From an uncultured virus (IMG/VR IMGVR_UViG_3300021197_001546) (Duplodnaviria > Heunggongvirae > Uroviricota > Caudoviricetes): a stretch of DNA of 64,000 nucleotides. The translations under genes were made by a program, and so were the position numbers. Shown here one piece after another: positions 1 to 8,833 of this stretch. Where the stretch lies: IMG/VR virus record IMGVR_UViG_3300021197_001546; one strand, written 5' to 3'. A model generated the notes under the pieces. That model had not been told where the DNA came from, ran no database searches, and saw only the letters and a list, made by a program, of their open reading frames with translations. Every line of letters begins with the position of its first letter. Within the stretch, counting starts at the first letter, position 1.

Positions 1-1
1 C

Positions 2-1380
2 GGTGTCAATGTTACTATCGGTATTGAGGACAGAAAAGGAACCATTCGCGGCACCTTCAAGGAAGATGTCGAACTAAAGGAATCCTTTGAGTTCCAATTC
101 GCAGACAAAGAAACCGCACAGGAGTTCATGCGAGAAATCTCACAGAAAAGATTAGGATCTTCGACTGGAACCAGTGATGGTAAGGTCAGGACAGAGGGTC
201 CAGCAGGAGCAGGTGTCGGTAGTCCAACACGGGCGCATCAGCAGATGGCAAAGATCATGAAGAAGCATGGTGGTAAACTACTACGCACAGACGAGGGCCC
301 TCGCATGAAGAGAGTCTTCAAGGAAGATGTCGAACAGGTTGATGAACTCAGTGCAAAGGCATTGAAGAAATATAGAGTCAAGTCTATGAAAGATCGTGAA
401 GATACCGTTCGTCAGGGTTATGATCCCTCGACAGGACAACTCGATCCGAAGTCAGAGAAGAGAAGAAAGAAGAGACTCGCAGGATTCTCCAAAGCGAAGA
501 AGAAGTTAGTTGCCGCAGCAGAGGATGTCGAACAGGTTGANNNNNNNNNNNNNNNNNNNNNNNNNNNNNNNNNNNNNNNNNNNNNNNNNNNNNNNNNNNN
601 NNNNNNNNNNNNNNNNNNNNNNNNNNNNNNNNNNNNNNNNAGGGTTATGATCCCTCGACAGGACAACTCGATCCGAAGTCAGAGAAGAGAAGAAAGAAGA
701 GACTCGCAGGATTCTCCAAAGCGAAGAAGAAGTTAGTTGCCGCAGCAGAGGATGTCGAACAGGTTGACGAACTCAAGAAGTCCACTCTCATGAGTTACAA
801 GGATAAGGCTAAGAAGAGTGAACGAAGCGGTAGAGACACAGGGTTCGAGGGTGAAACCTCATCCGAACGAGAAGCAGGCGTTCGACAGGTGAAGAAAAGA
901 GTAAGGGGTATTGATCGTGCAACCAAGAAACTCGTCGCTCGTCAATATGAAGATGTCGAACAGGTTGATGAAGTCTCGTCAGACACCCTTCGGTCTTATG
1001 TCCACAAGAGAAGAGGACAAGTTCAGAGTGATCTCTATACTGGCAAGCACTCCCCAAAGACTAACAAGAAAGCAAAGGGCGTATCTGCTGCACTCTCTCG
1101 TCTTGATGCCCGCAAGAACAACCTAGAGCCAAAACTCAAGAGGGAAGAAGTCGAGCAGGTTGATGAACTCAAGGTAAAAACCTTAAGATCCTACATCAGC
1201 AAGGCACAGAAGGACAACACCAAACGTGTCACCCGAATGGCAGACAAACCAGATCATATGCCTACGGACAAGGGTGAGATGGACAAGTTACGAAAGCGAC
1301 AAAAGGGTGTGGTAAAGGCGAAGACCGATATCGACATGCGTAAGATCGCTGGTAAAGACTACAGAAAGCGAATGAAATGA
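2..1380 (+). CDS. 5'-truncated modular basic protein with repeated EDVEQVDE linkers (putative internal head polyprotein); spans the assembly gap
   Basis: The frame is open from position 2 (GVNVTIGIEDRKG...). ORFs 128..736 and 790..1380 join in frame once the 100 N and the 127-bp duplicate are removed. Linkers start at 62, 323, 521/748, 949 and 1144. Confidence 0.75.
414..767. other. Scaffold gap (100 N at 541-640) flanked by an exact 127-bp duplication (414-540 = 641-767)
   Basis: Direct sequence comparison. 127 is a common maximum k-mer size, so this is most likely an assembly artefact. Confidence 0.9.
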
Positions 1381-1970
1381 GATTCCGATTCGCAATCAAT
1401 GAAGAGGGCGGTGCAGGAGAAGAAGGCACCAAGAAACTCCTCAAGCGTTATAAGAAAGACACTCCTGGCGAGAAGATGTGTGAGAAGGTCTATGCCGACT
1501 CGGGTCTTGGTAAGTGGTTTGGAGCAGGAGGAAAAGGTGGAGTCGGTAAAGGTGGATGGGATAGATATAACACTAAGGGTGAACGTCTCGGTAAGTGCGG
1601 AGACGGCAAACCAGGCGAGGGAACTCCCAAGTGTCTGTCCGCCAATAAAGCACGCCGACTGAAGGCCAAAGGTGGGAAGTCTGAAATTGCAAACGCAGTC
1701 AAGAGAAAGAAAGCAAAAGATCCAGTGAGGGATAAACCTGGCACTGGAAACAAACCAGTCAATGTCTCCAATAGATTAGACAAGAAGGAAAGCGTCATGA
1801 AATTACCCAACGGATACCTTACAGAGAAGAACAAACCAACCGATCCCAAGAAGTGGGCTGCTGCCGTATCAAAGGCAAAATCCAAGTTTGATGTCTATCC
1901 ATCTGCATACGCAAACGCATATGCATCCAAAGAATATAAGGCCGCCGGCGGGAGTTGGATAAAAGCATGA
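1377..1970 (+). CDS. Basic modular hypothetical protein, putative internal head protein
   Basis: Starts MRFRFAINE-E. Carries Lys/Gly-rich modules (LGKWF..GGW; KSKFDVYPSAYANAYASKEYKAAGGSW) typical of T4-like phage hypotheticals. ATGA overlap with the upstream gene. Confidence 0.7.
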   Translation: MRFRFAINEEGGAGEEGTKKLLKRYKKDTPGEKMCEKVYADSGLGKWFGAGGKGGVGKGGWDRYNTKGERLGKCGDGKPGEGTPKCLSANKARRLKAKGGKSEIANAVKRKKAKDPVRDKPGTGNKPVNVSNRLDKKESVMKLPNGYLTEKNKPTDPKKWAAAVSKAKSKFDVYPSAYANAYASKEYKAAGGSWIKA

Positions 1971-3052
1971 AGTTACCAAAAGGAAAACTAAACGAATGCT
2001 GGTCCACTCATGTTCAGAAAGGAACAAAGATGAAGGGCGGAAAGGTCGTCCCTAATTGCGTTCCTAAGTCATCTGTCTCTGAGGCCAAGAAAGATAAGAT
2101 CAAGATCAAACTAGATCCAGAGAAGAAGATTGGATATGAGGTAAAATCGGTTGGGCCAGGTGGTAAGACCACTGTCACCAAGCGTAGAGACATGCCAGGT
2201 AAAGAGGATGTCGGAGAGTCCCTAGAAGAGGCTAGTAAGAAGGACATCGCTGATCTTGTAAAGCAATACAATAAGATCAAAGGTAAGCAGGCGAAAGTGA
2301 GTGGTAGCATGGTGGTGGTAGATGGTAAGAAGATGAAAGCAGACGACGCTGCTGAGAAGATGGCTGCCGCAGTCATGAAGATGGAAGGTGCAGCGAAGAT
2401 AGGAACCATGGCATACTATTACGATCAAAAGAAGCGAAGCAAGACACCAGCAGACGCATACACAGCAGCAAAGTCCCAAGCAGGAAGATCAAGTTCAGAC
2501 AGTCAAAGAACGATGTCGGTGAAACAAAAAGCAAAAGATGATGAAAGAAGAAAATCCCAGGCTGCTTCTATGGAGAGAAGTCGCTATACTAAAGATAGCG
2601 TAGATCCGATGATTTCGTTCTCGAAGTACAGCAAACTGGACGAAGAATCAAAAAAAGTCGTTGCCCCTAAAGGATTTCATTGGATGAAAAAAGGAACCAA
2701 TGAGTATAAACTCATGAAGGATCCTGATGGGGGATTTAAACCACACGAGGGCGGTTCACAGGAAGCAGATTTCGAAGTCCAAACCGTCCACAAGGAAGAC
2801 TGGCAGAAGGTCAACCGCAAGGACAAGACTGATGGATTGAGTCAGAAAGCCGTCAACGCTTATCGACGCGAGAACCCAGGCTCCAAACTCAAGACTGCGG
2901 TCACAGAAAAGAAGCCATCTGGAAAAAGAGCAGCACGCAGGAAGTCATTCTGTAGTAGAATGTCGGGAATGAAGAAGCGTCTCACCAGTGCGAAGACTGC
3001 AAACGATCCAGATTCACGCATCAATAAAGCACTTCGTCGCTGGAACTGCTAG
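1967..3052 (+). CDS. Basic modular hypothetical protein, putative internal head protein
   Basis: Modules such as CWSTHVQKGTKMKGGKVVPNCVP and the C-terminal RRKSFCSRMSGMK...SRINKALRRWNC are separated by LNE/VSE/LEE/LDE junctions. Start placed at MKLPKG (ATGA overlap). Confidence 0.7.
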   Translation: MKLPKGKLNECWSTHVQKGTKMKGGKVVPNCVPKSSVSEAKKDKIKIKLDPEKKIGYEVKSVGPGGKTTVTKRRDMPGKEDVGESLEEASKKDIADLVKQYNKIKGKQAKVSGSMVVVDGKKMKADDAAEKMAAAVMKMEGAAKIGTMAYYYDQKKRSKTPADAYTAAKSQAGRSSSDSQRTMSVKQKAKDDERRKSQAASMERSRYTKDSVDPMISFSKYSKLDEESKKVVAPKGFHWMKKGTNEYKLMKDPDGGFKPHEGGSQEADFEVQTVHKEDWQKVNRKDKTDGLSQKAVNAYRRENPGSKLKTAVTEKKPSGKRAARRKSFCSRMSGMKKRLTSAKTANDPDSRINKALRRWNC

Positions 3053-3064
3053 TAAGGAGAAAAC

Positions 3065-4261
3065 ATGGGTGAAGTCCAAGACCAATTCAAACCTCAAAGA
3101 TTAAAACTTGATGGTAAGGTTATCCCTTATGAAAAGTACATAACTGAGGTAAAGAAAGCAGTAGAGGCGACTAAAATGCCATCTGGTGCAAAAACTTATT
3201 GTAAAGCATTGGTTGATCATGCCTCGGGTAAAATAAATGATAATCTAATGAAAAATGCAGGAGAGTTGTTTGCACAGTCCAAAGACTCTGATACTGAAAT
3301 AAAGAACGGGATTCAGAAATATTTCGGTGAAGTTGTCGGTCCTATCTGGGTCATTGGTAACAACGCATTCAATGATATGCCAAACAAGAGGGATGTTTCT
3401 GTATTTCACCCCTCAGCGGAAAATGAACCGCTAATGGATTATGAACTGCAAATACAAGAAAGTTCCAAGACCAAAAAAAGAGGTTCGACAACGAAAACCG
3501 CCTGTAAGAGAGTATCAACAAGTCAAAACAAGATAACCAAAATCAACACTCTACTCCGAAACAAAGTCTCAGCAAAGTCGGGTAAAACCACAAATACAGT
3601 AAAATCAAAAGATCTTCTCGATCTGATTGAAATGAGACCTGATGTCAAGAAATTTTGGACGGGTTCCATGCAGCATATTGTTCTCACCATTCTGAGAGAC
3701 AACAACACCGCACTAGGACCAATCAAAGCATTGGAATATTTGTCCAGTGTAGGGATTCTTCCCTCGACTTACTTCAAGGGACAATTTGTAACTAATGTAA
3801 TAAATGCTTTTGAATCAGCACCTTCAACGAAGGCTGCTCTCGGTCTTCCATTGGCTCGCGTATTGTCTGACGCAGACATCCAGAGACTAAAAAAACTAGT
3901 CATGGACGACAGGCAACTTACCGAAAGGTTTATTGATAAGGGAACAATTAAAACCGTCGCTAAAGACAAAGAAATATTCATCTTGGGTTATATCGCTGTT
4001 GCCGCAGAGAGAAAGTTAGAAAAAATATCAAAAGACCCCAATCTTCTTGAATTTTGGGAAATCTTTGGGGATGCTGTTGCGGGTATGGTAAACTACGTTA
4101 CTTTTGAAGTGGACTCTAAATACTTCCCAAAGTGGAAAGCGTCTGGTAGAAAGGAACTAGAGAAAGTTACTGGCTACTTCAGATCAAAAAACACGATGAA
4201 AACCCGTCTAGCGAAAAAAGGAATGGCGGATGGACTTGGGTTCCAACCAGAGTTTGGTTAA
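3065..4261 (+). CDS. Hypothetical protein, possible PD-(D/E)xK-like nuclease fold
   Basis: 398-aa ORF with an AGGAG RBS. The NEPLMDY...VSAKSG spacing resembles a restriction-endonuclease-like core, but weakly. Confidence 0.4.
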   Translation: MGEVQDQFKPQRLKLDGKVIPYEKYITEVKKAVEATKMPSGAKTYCKALVDHASGKINDNLMKNAGELFAQSKDSDTEIKNGIQKYFGEVVGPIWVIGNNAFNDMPNKRDVSVFHPSAENEPLMDYELQIQESSKTKKRGSTTKTACKRVSTSQNKITKINTLLRNKVSAKSGKTTNTVKSKDLLDLIEMRPDVKKFWTGSMQHIVLTILRDNNTALGPIKALEYLSSVGILPSTYFKGQFVTNVINAFESAPSTKAALGLPLARVLSDADIQRLKKLVMDDRQLTERFIDKGTIKTVAKDKEIFILGYIAVAAERKLEKISKDPNLLEFWEIFGDAVAGMVNYVTFEVDSKYFPKWKASGRKELEKVTGYFRSKNTMKTRLAKKGMADGLGFQPEFG

Positions 4262-4284
4262 TACATAATACAGGAGAATATACT

Positions 4285-4590
4285 ATGCCAACATATGATT
4301 ACCAATGTGAAGCCTGCAACCATCAATTCGATCGGTTTGAACTAATCGCAACACGGGACGAACCCTGCGATCGACCATGCCCCGACTGCAACGAAACCAA
4401 AGTCCGACGAGGATGGTTCAACGCGCCCGTGGGTGGTGTAGACGCTAATCTCACCCCAGACAAGGCCACAGGCGGACAGTGGTCAGAACTCATGAAACAA
4501 ATGAAAAACTCTCCCGTCCTTAATCGTGACGGTAAAGCCAACTTGGATCACGCATCAACCAAATCAGGAGTGCGGTATGGATCACAATGA
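4285..4590 (+). CDS. FmdB-family zinc-ribbon protein
   Basis: MPTYDYQCEAC...CPDC motif; AGGAG RBS. Confidence 0.8.
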   Translation: MPTYDYQCEACNHQFDRFELIATRDEPCDRPCPDCNETKVRRGWFNAPVGGVDANLTPDKATGGQWSELMKQMKNSPVLNRDGKANLDHASTKSGVRYGSQ

Positions 4591-4768
4591 GATTGATCAC
4601 AACGAGATTCCCGAAGGTCTAGGTGACAGCGTAGAAAAGTTCACCAAAGCCACTGGGATCAGGAAAGTTGTAGAGAAGATTGCAGAAAAGACAGGAAAAC
4701 CTTGTGGTTGCAACAAACGCAAGGAAAAACTAAATAAGATGTTCCCTTACGGAAAGAAAGACACATGA
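4577..4768 (+). CDS. Small hypothetical protein (GLGD...CGC..R...LN type)
   Basis: ATG at 4577 after GGAG; this motif is common in phage small proteins. Confidence 0.65.
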   Translation: MDHNEIDHNEIPEGLGDSVEKFTKATGIRKVVEKIAEKTGKPCGCNKRKEKLNKMFPYGKKDT

Positions 4769-4965
4769 AAACGTTCATCCAATTCTTAGAAGACGCACCA
4801 GCGAACAACGCCAGTAGCGGTAGTGTTGCAGGACTAGGCTCTGAGCCTCCCGTCTCCGTGAAGGGACAGAGGGCCCACCAGAAGAGAGTAGAGAAACTCT
4901 CTAAGGGAGCGACTGCTGGACGCAGAGGACTTGGACCAAAAATGGTAGGGATGGAACACTATTGA
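4765..4965 (+). CDS. Small protein with a T4 capsid-targeting-like N-terminus
   Basis: MKTFIQFLE-D compared with the T4 internal-protein targeting sequence MKTYQEFIAE. Confidence 0.7.
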   Translation: MKTFIQFLEDAPANNASSGSVAGLGSEPPVSVKGQRAHQKRVEKLSKGATAGRRGLGPKMVGMEHY

Positions 4966-5321
4966 TGGAAAGCATTCTTGAACGAGCAGTGCGACTTACG
5001 GTTGCACAAAGAAAGAAGAGAGGCTTGATCGCCAAACGCACGGCGAAGCGTCGTGCTTTTCGACGTAAGTTGAAAGCGAAGAGAATGAAGTCTCATGGCG
5101 ATCTGCTGACTAAAGCAAATAAGGCAGCCAGAAACATGTTCAAGAAGAAGTATTCAAGTGGCAGTAACTATAATGAACTATCATTCGCAGAGAAGGGCAT
5201 GATCGACAAACGTCTGGAAAGAATCCCTGCTGCCCGTCTCTCGAAGATAGCACAAAGAATGATGCCTAAATTGAAAAAGGCTGAAATGGATCGTTTAAAA
5301 CAAGCAAGGAAACAACCATGA
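4965..5321 (+). CDS. Very basic hypothetical protein conserved in T4-like phages
   Basis: Arg/Lys-rich protein of about 118 aa, starting MESILE-R. Confidence 0.65.
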   Translation: MESILERAVRLTVAQRKKRGLIAKRTAKRRAFRRKLKAKRMKSHGDLLTKANKAARNMFKKKYSSGSNYNELSFAEKGMIDKRLERIPAARLSKIAQRMMPKLKKAEMDRLKQARKQP

Positions 5322-5482
5322 AGATGAGTGATTTTTTCGGGTGGGTGCAATCGAATCAAAGAAAAGGCACCCTTGATCAGATGAATGCCGCATGGCAAAA
5401 CAGAAACCAAAGTCCAATCCCTGAACTAGAACAACCAGAGGAGAAGATAGAGGAGATTCCTGTTGACAATGAGGAAAAATGA
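5318..5482 (+). CDS. 54-aa hypothetical protein missing from the ORF track
   Basis: MKMSDFFGWVQSNQRKGTLDQMNAAWQNRNQSPIPELEQPEEKIEEIPVDNEEK*. It has an AAGGA RBS and ATGA overlaps at both ends, and fills the gap exactly. Confidence 0.7.
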   Translation: MKMSDFFGWVQSNQRKGTLDQMNAAWQNRNQSPIPELEQPEEKIEEIPVDNEEK

Positions 5483-5490
5483 TGTATACT
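5463..5490 (+). promoter_or_regulatory. sigma70-like promoter TTGACA-N16-TATACT
   Basis: TTGACA at 5463-5468 and TATACT at 5485-5490. An in-frame GTG at 5497 lies at the expected +1. Confidence 0.7.
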
Positions 5491-6150
5491 ACAGATGTGA
5501 AACACTTTACCCATGTCACTGATCTAGCACTTGAAGACCTAAAAACAGTCAACGAGAATGGCAAAAGATTCTATCAGACACCGAACGGCAACTATCCTTC
5601 GGTGACGACAGTGACTGGCTTCAAGAAGAACAAGTTCTTCGCGGAATGGCGACGTAAGAATCCCAAGGAGTCTGTGCGGGTTACCAGTCGTGGTAACAAA
5701 CTACACAGTCTCATTGAGGACTACCTGAACAACGAGTTCAACCCCGAGACAGATAAGGGCCGTGTAACTCCAGACACATTGGAGTTGTTTCTGCAACTAA
5801 AGCCTGAACTCGACAAGATCGATAACATTCACGCATTAGAAGTTGCTCTATGGTCTGATACCTTGGGCCTTGCTGGTCGTGTTGACTGCATAGCAGAGTA
5901 CAACGGCAAGTTGTCTATCATCGACTTCAAAGGTGCTACCCGCTCAAAGCGACGAGCGGATATTGGTAACTACTTTCAGCAGGCAACAGCGTATGCGATT
6001 GCATGGCACGAAAGAACTGGTATCGCAATAGACAACTTCGCTATCCTCGTTTCATGTGAGGATAGCGAAGTTCAAGTCTTTGAGGGCAATCCACTACAAT
6101 ACGTTCGAAGCCTAAAAGGCGTAATCGAAGAGTATCAGTGTAGTCTGTAG
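5479..6150 (+). CDS. PD-(D/E)xK (RecB/Cas4-like) exonuclease
   Basis: YPSVTTV, RGNKLHSLIE, AGRVDC, IIDFK and YFQQATAYA motifs. Confidence 0.85.
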   Translation: MMYTTDVKHFTHVTDLALEDLKTVNENGKRFYQTPNGNYPSVTTVTGFKKNKFFAEWRRKNPKESVRVTSRGNKLHSLIEDYLNNEFNPETDKGRVTPDTLELFLQLKPELDKIDNIHALEVALWSDTLGLAGRVDCIAEYNGKLSIIDFKGATRSKRRADIGNYFQQATAYAIAWHERTGIAIDNFAILVSCEDSEVQVFEGNPLQYVRSLKGVIEEYQCSL

Positions 6151-6407
6151 ACACTGGTTCCCGTGGTAATAGCACCAACATGGAATACGGTCACTGGAAA
6201 TACTACTCCTGCGGACGAACCTTGAATAATAATTTCTCCGCCTGATGTTCCGTGAGCCGGTTGTCCAGTTACACCTGCACTATAATCGGCCGATCGTGGG
6301 TAGAGTGCTGCGGTTCCCTGTCCTACCACTAAGACACCCTTATTGTTATAGGGTTGATCCGTATTAGCCGAAACGGGATCTGCTGCTTGATATCTATCGT
6401 ATGACAT
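6135..6407 (-). CDS. Hypothetical protein
   Basis: 90-aa ORF with an AGGAG RBS on the minus strand; a lone opposite-strand gene in the cluster. Confidence 0.6.
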   Translation of the reverse strand: MSYDRYQAADPVSANTDQPYNNKGVLVVGQGTAALYPRSADYSAGVTGQPAHGTSGGEIIIQGSSAGVVFPVTVFHVGAITTGTSVYRLH

Positions 6408-6450
6408 TTAATACTCCTCTGTATTTTCCTACATACCGTAGGAGTTATTT

Positions 6451-7653
6451 ATGCTAGGTTTCACTAACTATTTAGTAGAAAGCAAAAATCTACATCTGGA
6501 ACACCTAGAGGATTCTCTCTTCAATGAAGGATCTGCGGGGGTGGAGGATGCACTACGATTCTGCGAATCGTTGGTAGAGATGCTTTCTGGATCAAAAAAA
6601 TCCCGAACCAACGTGACGGTGAAGTGGGATGGCGCACCAGCAGTTTTTGCTGGAACTAATCCAGATAATGGTAGATTCTTCGTTGGAACCAAATCAGTTT
6701 TCAACTCGAAGACTCCCAAGATAAACTACACAGCAGCAGACATCAAAAAGAACCACCAAGGCGGACTACAGGACAAACTCCTCACCGCACTGCCTCTATT
6801 CAAGAAACTTGGAATAAAGGGTGTTCTTCAGGGAGATTTGCTCTTCACTGATGATGTAGAAGAAAAATCCATAGATGGGGAAAACTACCTAGTTTTCACC
6901 CCTAATACTATCACCTACGCGGTTTCTATCGATAGTGACATGGCAAAACAGATCAAAAAAGCAAAGGTTGGAGTTGTCTGGCATACTACATATTCAGGTA
7001 AGTCAATGCTAGAGATGAAAGCCTCGTTTGGTGCGAATGTTAGTGGCCTGAGAAAAATTAACGATGTATTTTTCACAGACGCCGACTTCAGAGACACTTC
7101 GGGTTCTGCCACATTCACGGCAACCGAAACTGAGTCCGCCTCTAATGCTATTGCCAATGTAAAGCGATCATTCATGCCAGTGCGTCGGTTCATTGATGAA
7201 TTCACAGGTAAGAAATCAATAATCGACGAACTGAAAATCTACGCCAACTCACAAGTCCGAAAAGGTAGCGTGAGGCTTTCTGCGGAGGAGTTCACAACAT
7301 TCGTGAACGACAAAATGCAGAAGGGCGTAGATTCTTTAAAGTCAGAGAGAGGTAAGACGAACAAACAAAAGAAGATGAAAGAAGTTGTTGGTTATCTCCA
7401 ACGAAATAGAGCAAGAATTCAAAAGATTTTCTCTCTGCATGAAGAACTCGTCAATCTAAAACTAAAATTTGTTCGCAAATTAGAACAAGTGAAGTCTCTC
7501 GGTATGTTTATTCGAACCAGTGATGGTTATCGTGTCACATCTCCTGAAGGATTTGTTGCCATAGATAAGTTTAAAGGTAATGCTTACAAACTCGTAGACA
7601 GGATGGAGTTCTCAAGAGCAAACTTCACTGTCGCAAAGAACTGGAGAAAGTAA
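6451..7653 (+). CDS. Conserved T4-like protein with ligase-superfamily nucleotidyltransferase motifs (DUF6267-like)
   Basis: KWDG (motif I), LQGDLLF (III), PEGFVA (IV) and YKLV (V). N-terminus MLGFTNYLVE-S. TACATA box and GGAG upstream. Confidence 0.65.
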   Translation: MLGFTNYLVESKNLHLEHLEDSLFNEGSAGVEDALRFCESLVEMLSGSKKSRTNVTVKWDGAPAVFAGTNPDNGRFFVGTKSVFNSKTPKINYTAADIKKNHQGGLQDKLLTALPLFKKLGIKGVLQGDLLFTDDVEEKSIDGENYLVFTPNTITYAVSIDSDMAKQIKKAKVGVVWHTTYSGKSMLEMKASFGANVSGLRKINDVFFTDADFRDTSGSATFTATETESASNAIANVKRSFMPVRRFIDEFTGKKSIIDELKIYANSQVRKGSVRLSAEEFTTFVNDKMQKGVDSLKSERGKTNKQKKMKEVVGYLQRNRARIQKIFSLHEELVNLKLKFVRKLEQVKSLGMFIRTSDGYRVTSPEGFVAIDKFKGNAYKLVDRMEFSRANFTVAKNWRK

Positions 7654-7898
7654 TGGGACCAAGAGAACTAGAAGCAATCGTAAACAACTCAAGAAGAATC
7701 CAAATGATGGAAGATTATATCGCCACTCACGGTGGTGAATTTGAGTGGGATAAGCATTGCGGTTGGGGATACATTCCCGAAAAAGTTGTCAGTAACAAGA
7801 TCGAAAAGTTCGAAAAGAGAGCAAAGCAAAGAAGTGAAACCCAGGCCAAAAAAAGAGGTCTGTTTAGTCGAAAGATAAAGAATGAAGAGACTGAGTGA
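7653..7898 (+). CDS. Hypothetical protein
   Basis: 81-aa ORF coupled to the upstream gene (TAATG overlap). Confidence 0.55.
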   Translation: MGPRELEAIVNNSRRIQMMEDYIATHGGEFEWDKHCGWGYIPEKVVSNKIEKFEKRAKQRSETQAKKRGLFSRKIKNEETE

Positions 7899-8469
7899 AC
7901 AAAGGAGAAGCCGAGGAATCGTCGTTACTTTCGGACGATTCCAACCTCCCACTTCTGGTCATGAATTAGTCATGAGGAAGGTGTTATCTGTAGCAAAAAA
8001 GATGGGGTTTGAACATCGAATTTATACATCCCCCTCATCGAGCAATGTCAAGAATCCGCTTCGATACAAAGAAAAGGTTCGGTTTCTACGAGCCCTGTTT
8101 CCACAAGCAAATATCTATGAAGATTCAAGAATTATCAATCCATTCTTCATGATGAAGCAACTCAGCGACCAAGGATACAAAAACGTTATCCTTATCGTTG
8201 GTTCGGATCGAGTGGTCGATATGTCATCACAGATAAAGAAGTACATCAAGCATAGAGACAAAGAAAAGAGTTTCGAATTTGATAACTTCAAGGCAGTTTC
8301 GTCTGGAGATAGAGATCCAGATGCAGAAGGTGCAGCAGGAATGTCAGGTACAAAAATGAGACAAGCGGTAGCCGATGAAGACTTTGAACTATTCATGCAA
8401 GGTCTACCAAAGAGAACCACCCCTAGGCTTGGACAATCTCTGTTCAATGCCATTCGAAAAGCGTTATAA
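7882..8469 (+). CDS. HxGH-family (cytidylyltransferase/NMNAT-like) nucleotidyltransferase
   Basis: TFGRFQPPTSGHE, KNPL, IVGSDR and MSGTKMR motifs. Confidence 0.85.
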   Translation: MKRLSEQRRSRGIVVTFGRFQPPTSGHELVMRKVLSVAKKMGFEHRIYTSPSSSNVKNPLRYKEKVRFLRALFPQANIYEDSRIINPFFMMKQLSDQGYKNVILIVGSDRVVDMSSQIKKYIKHRDKEKSFEFDNFKAVSSGDRDPDAEGAAGMSGTKMRQAVADEDFELFMQGLPKRTTPRLGQSLFNAIRKAL

Positions 8470-8478
8470 ATATAAATA
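8465..8478 (+). promoter_or_regulatory. Tandem T4 late promoter TATAAATA
   Basis: TATAAATATAAATA upstream of GAGGAGG and the ATG at 8501. Confidence 0.75.
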
Positions 8479-8500
8479 CTATTCCGAGGAGGAATCACAA

Positions 8501-8821
8501 ATGTTAAACGATCCAAAGTACAAGAACCTAGTTAACGACATCTCAGGTATCCTTAGCGAAAACATCAAGAAGCACTTCGACGGGCTTCTCCCAGAAGCAA
8601 TCGTCGATCAAATTGATCTCGCAGCATCAAAGATTGACGAAATGGACCAGTCCGCTCTGACAGCAGAGACAGTGGGCCAGATCATGAAGGATCACTTCTT
8701 TGAAGGTGTTCGTAACGCTAAAGTAAATCCCACTAACGAAATGTCTTCCGAGTTCTATCGTCGAGTAGTCGAGGCGAAGAAGAACAAGAAGAAGAACGAC
8801 AAATCTAACGGCGCATACTGA
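8501..8821 (+). CDS. Hypothetical protein
   Basis: ATG at 8501 with a strong RBS; the ORF-track start at 8375 lies inside the upstream gene. Confidence 0.7.
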   Translation: MLNDPKYKNLVNDISGILSENIKKHFDGLLPEAIVDQIDLAASKIDEMDQSALTAETVGQIMKDHFFEGVRNAKVNPTNEMSSEFYRRVVEAKKNKKKNDKSNGAY

Positions 8822-8833
8822 GGAGTACCACCG

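Noticed and set aside
414..767. Apparent 127-bp tandem repeat and frameshift/split gene around the N run
   Set aside because: An exact 127-bp duplicate flanking exactly 100 N is typical of scaffolding, and removing it restores a single reading frame.
62..1170. Recurrent GAAGATGTCGAACAGGTTGATGAA as a possible CRISPR array
   Set aside because: The spacing is about 200-260 bp and in frame, the copies vary at synonymous positions, and they encode a peptide linker.
5479..6150. Cas4-like nuclease as evidence of CRISPR-Cas
   Set aside because: There are no other cas genes or array, and no four-Cys Fe-S set; it is a common stand-alone phage exonuclease.
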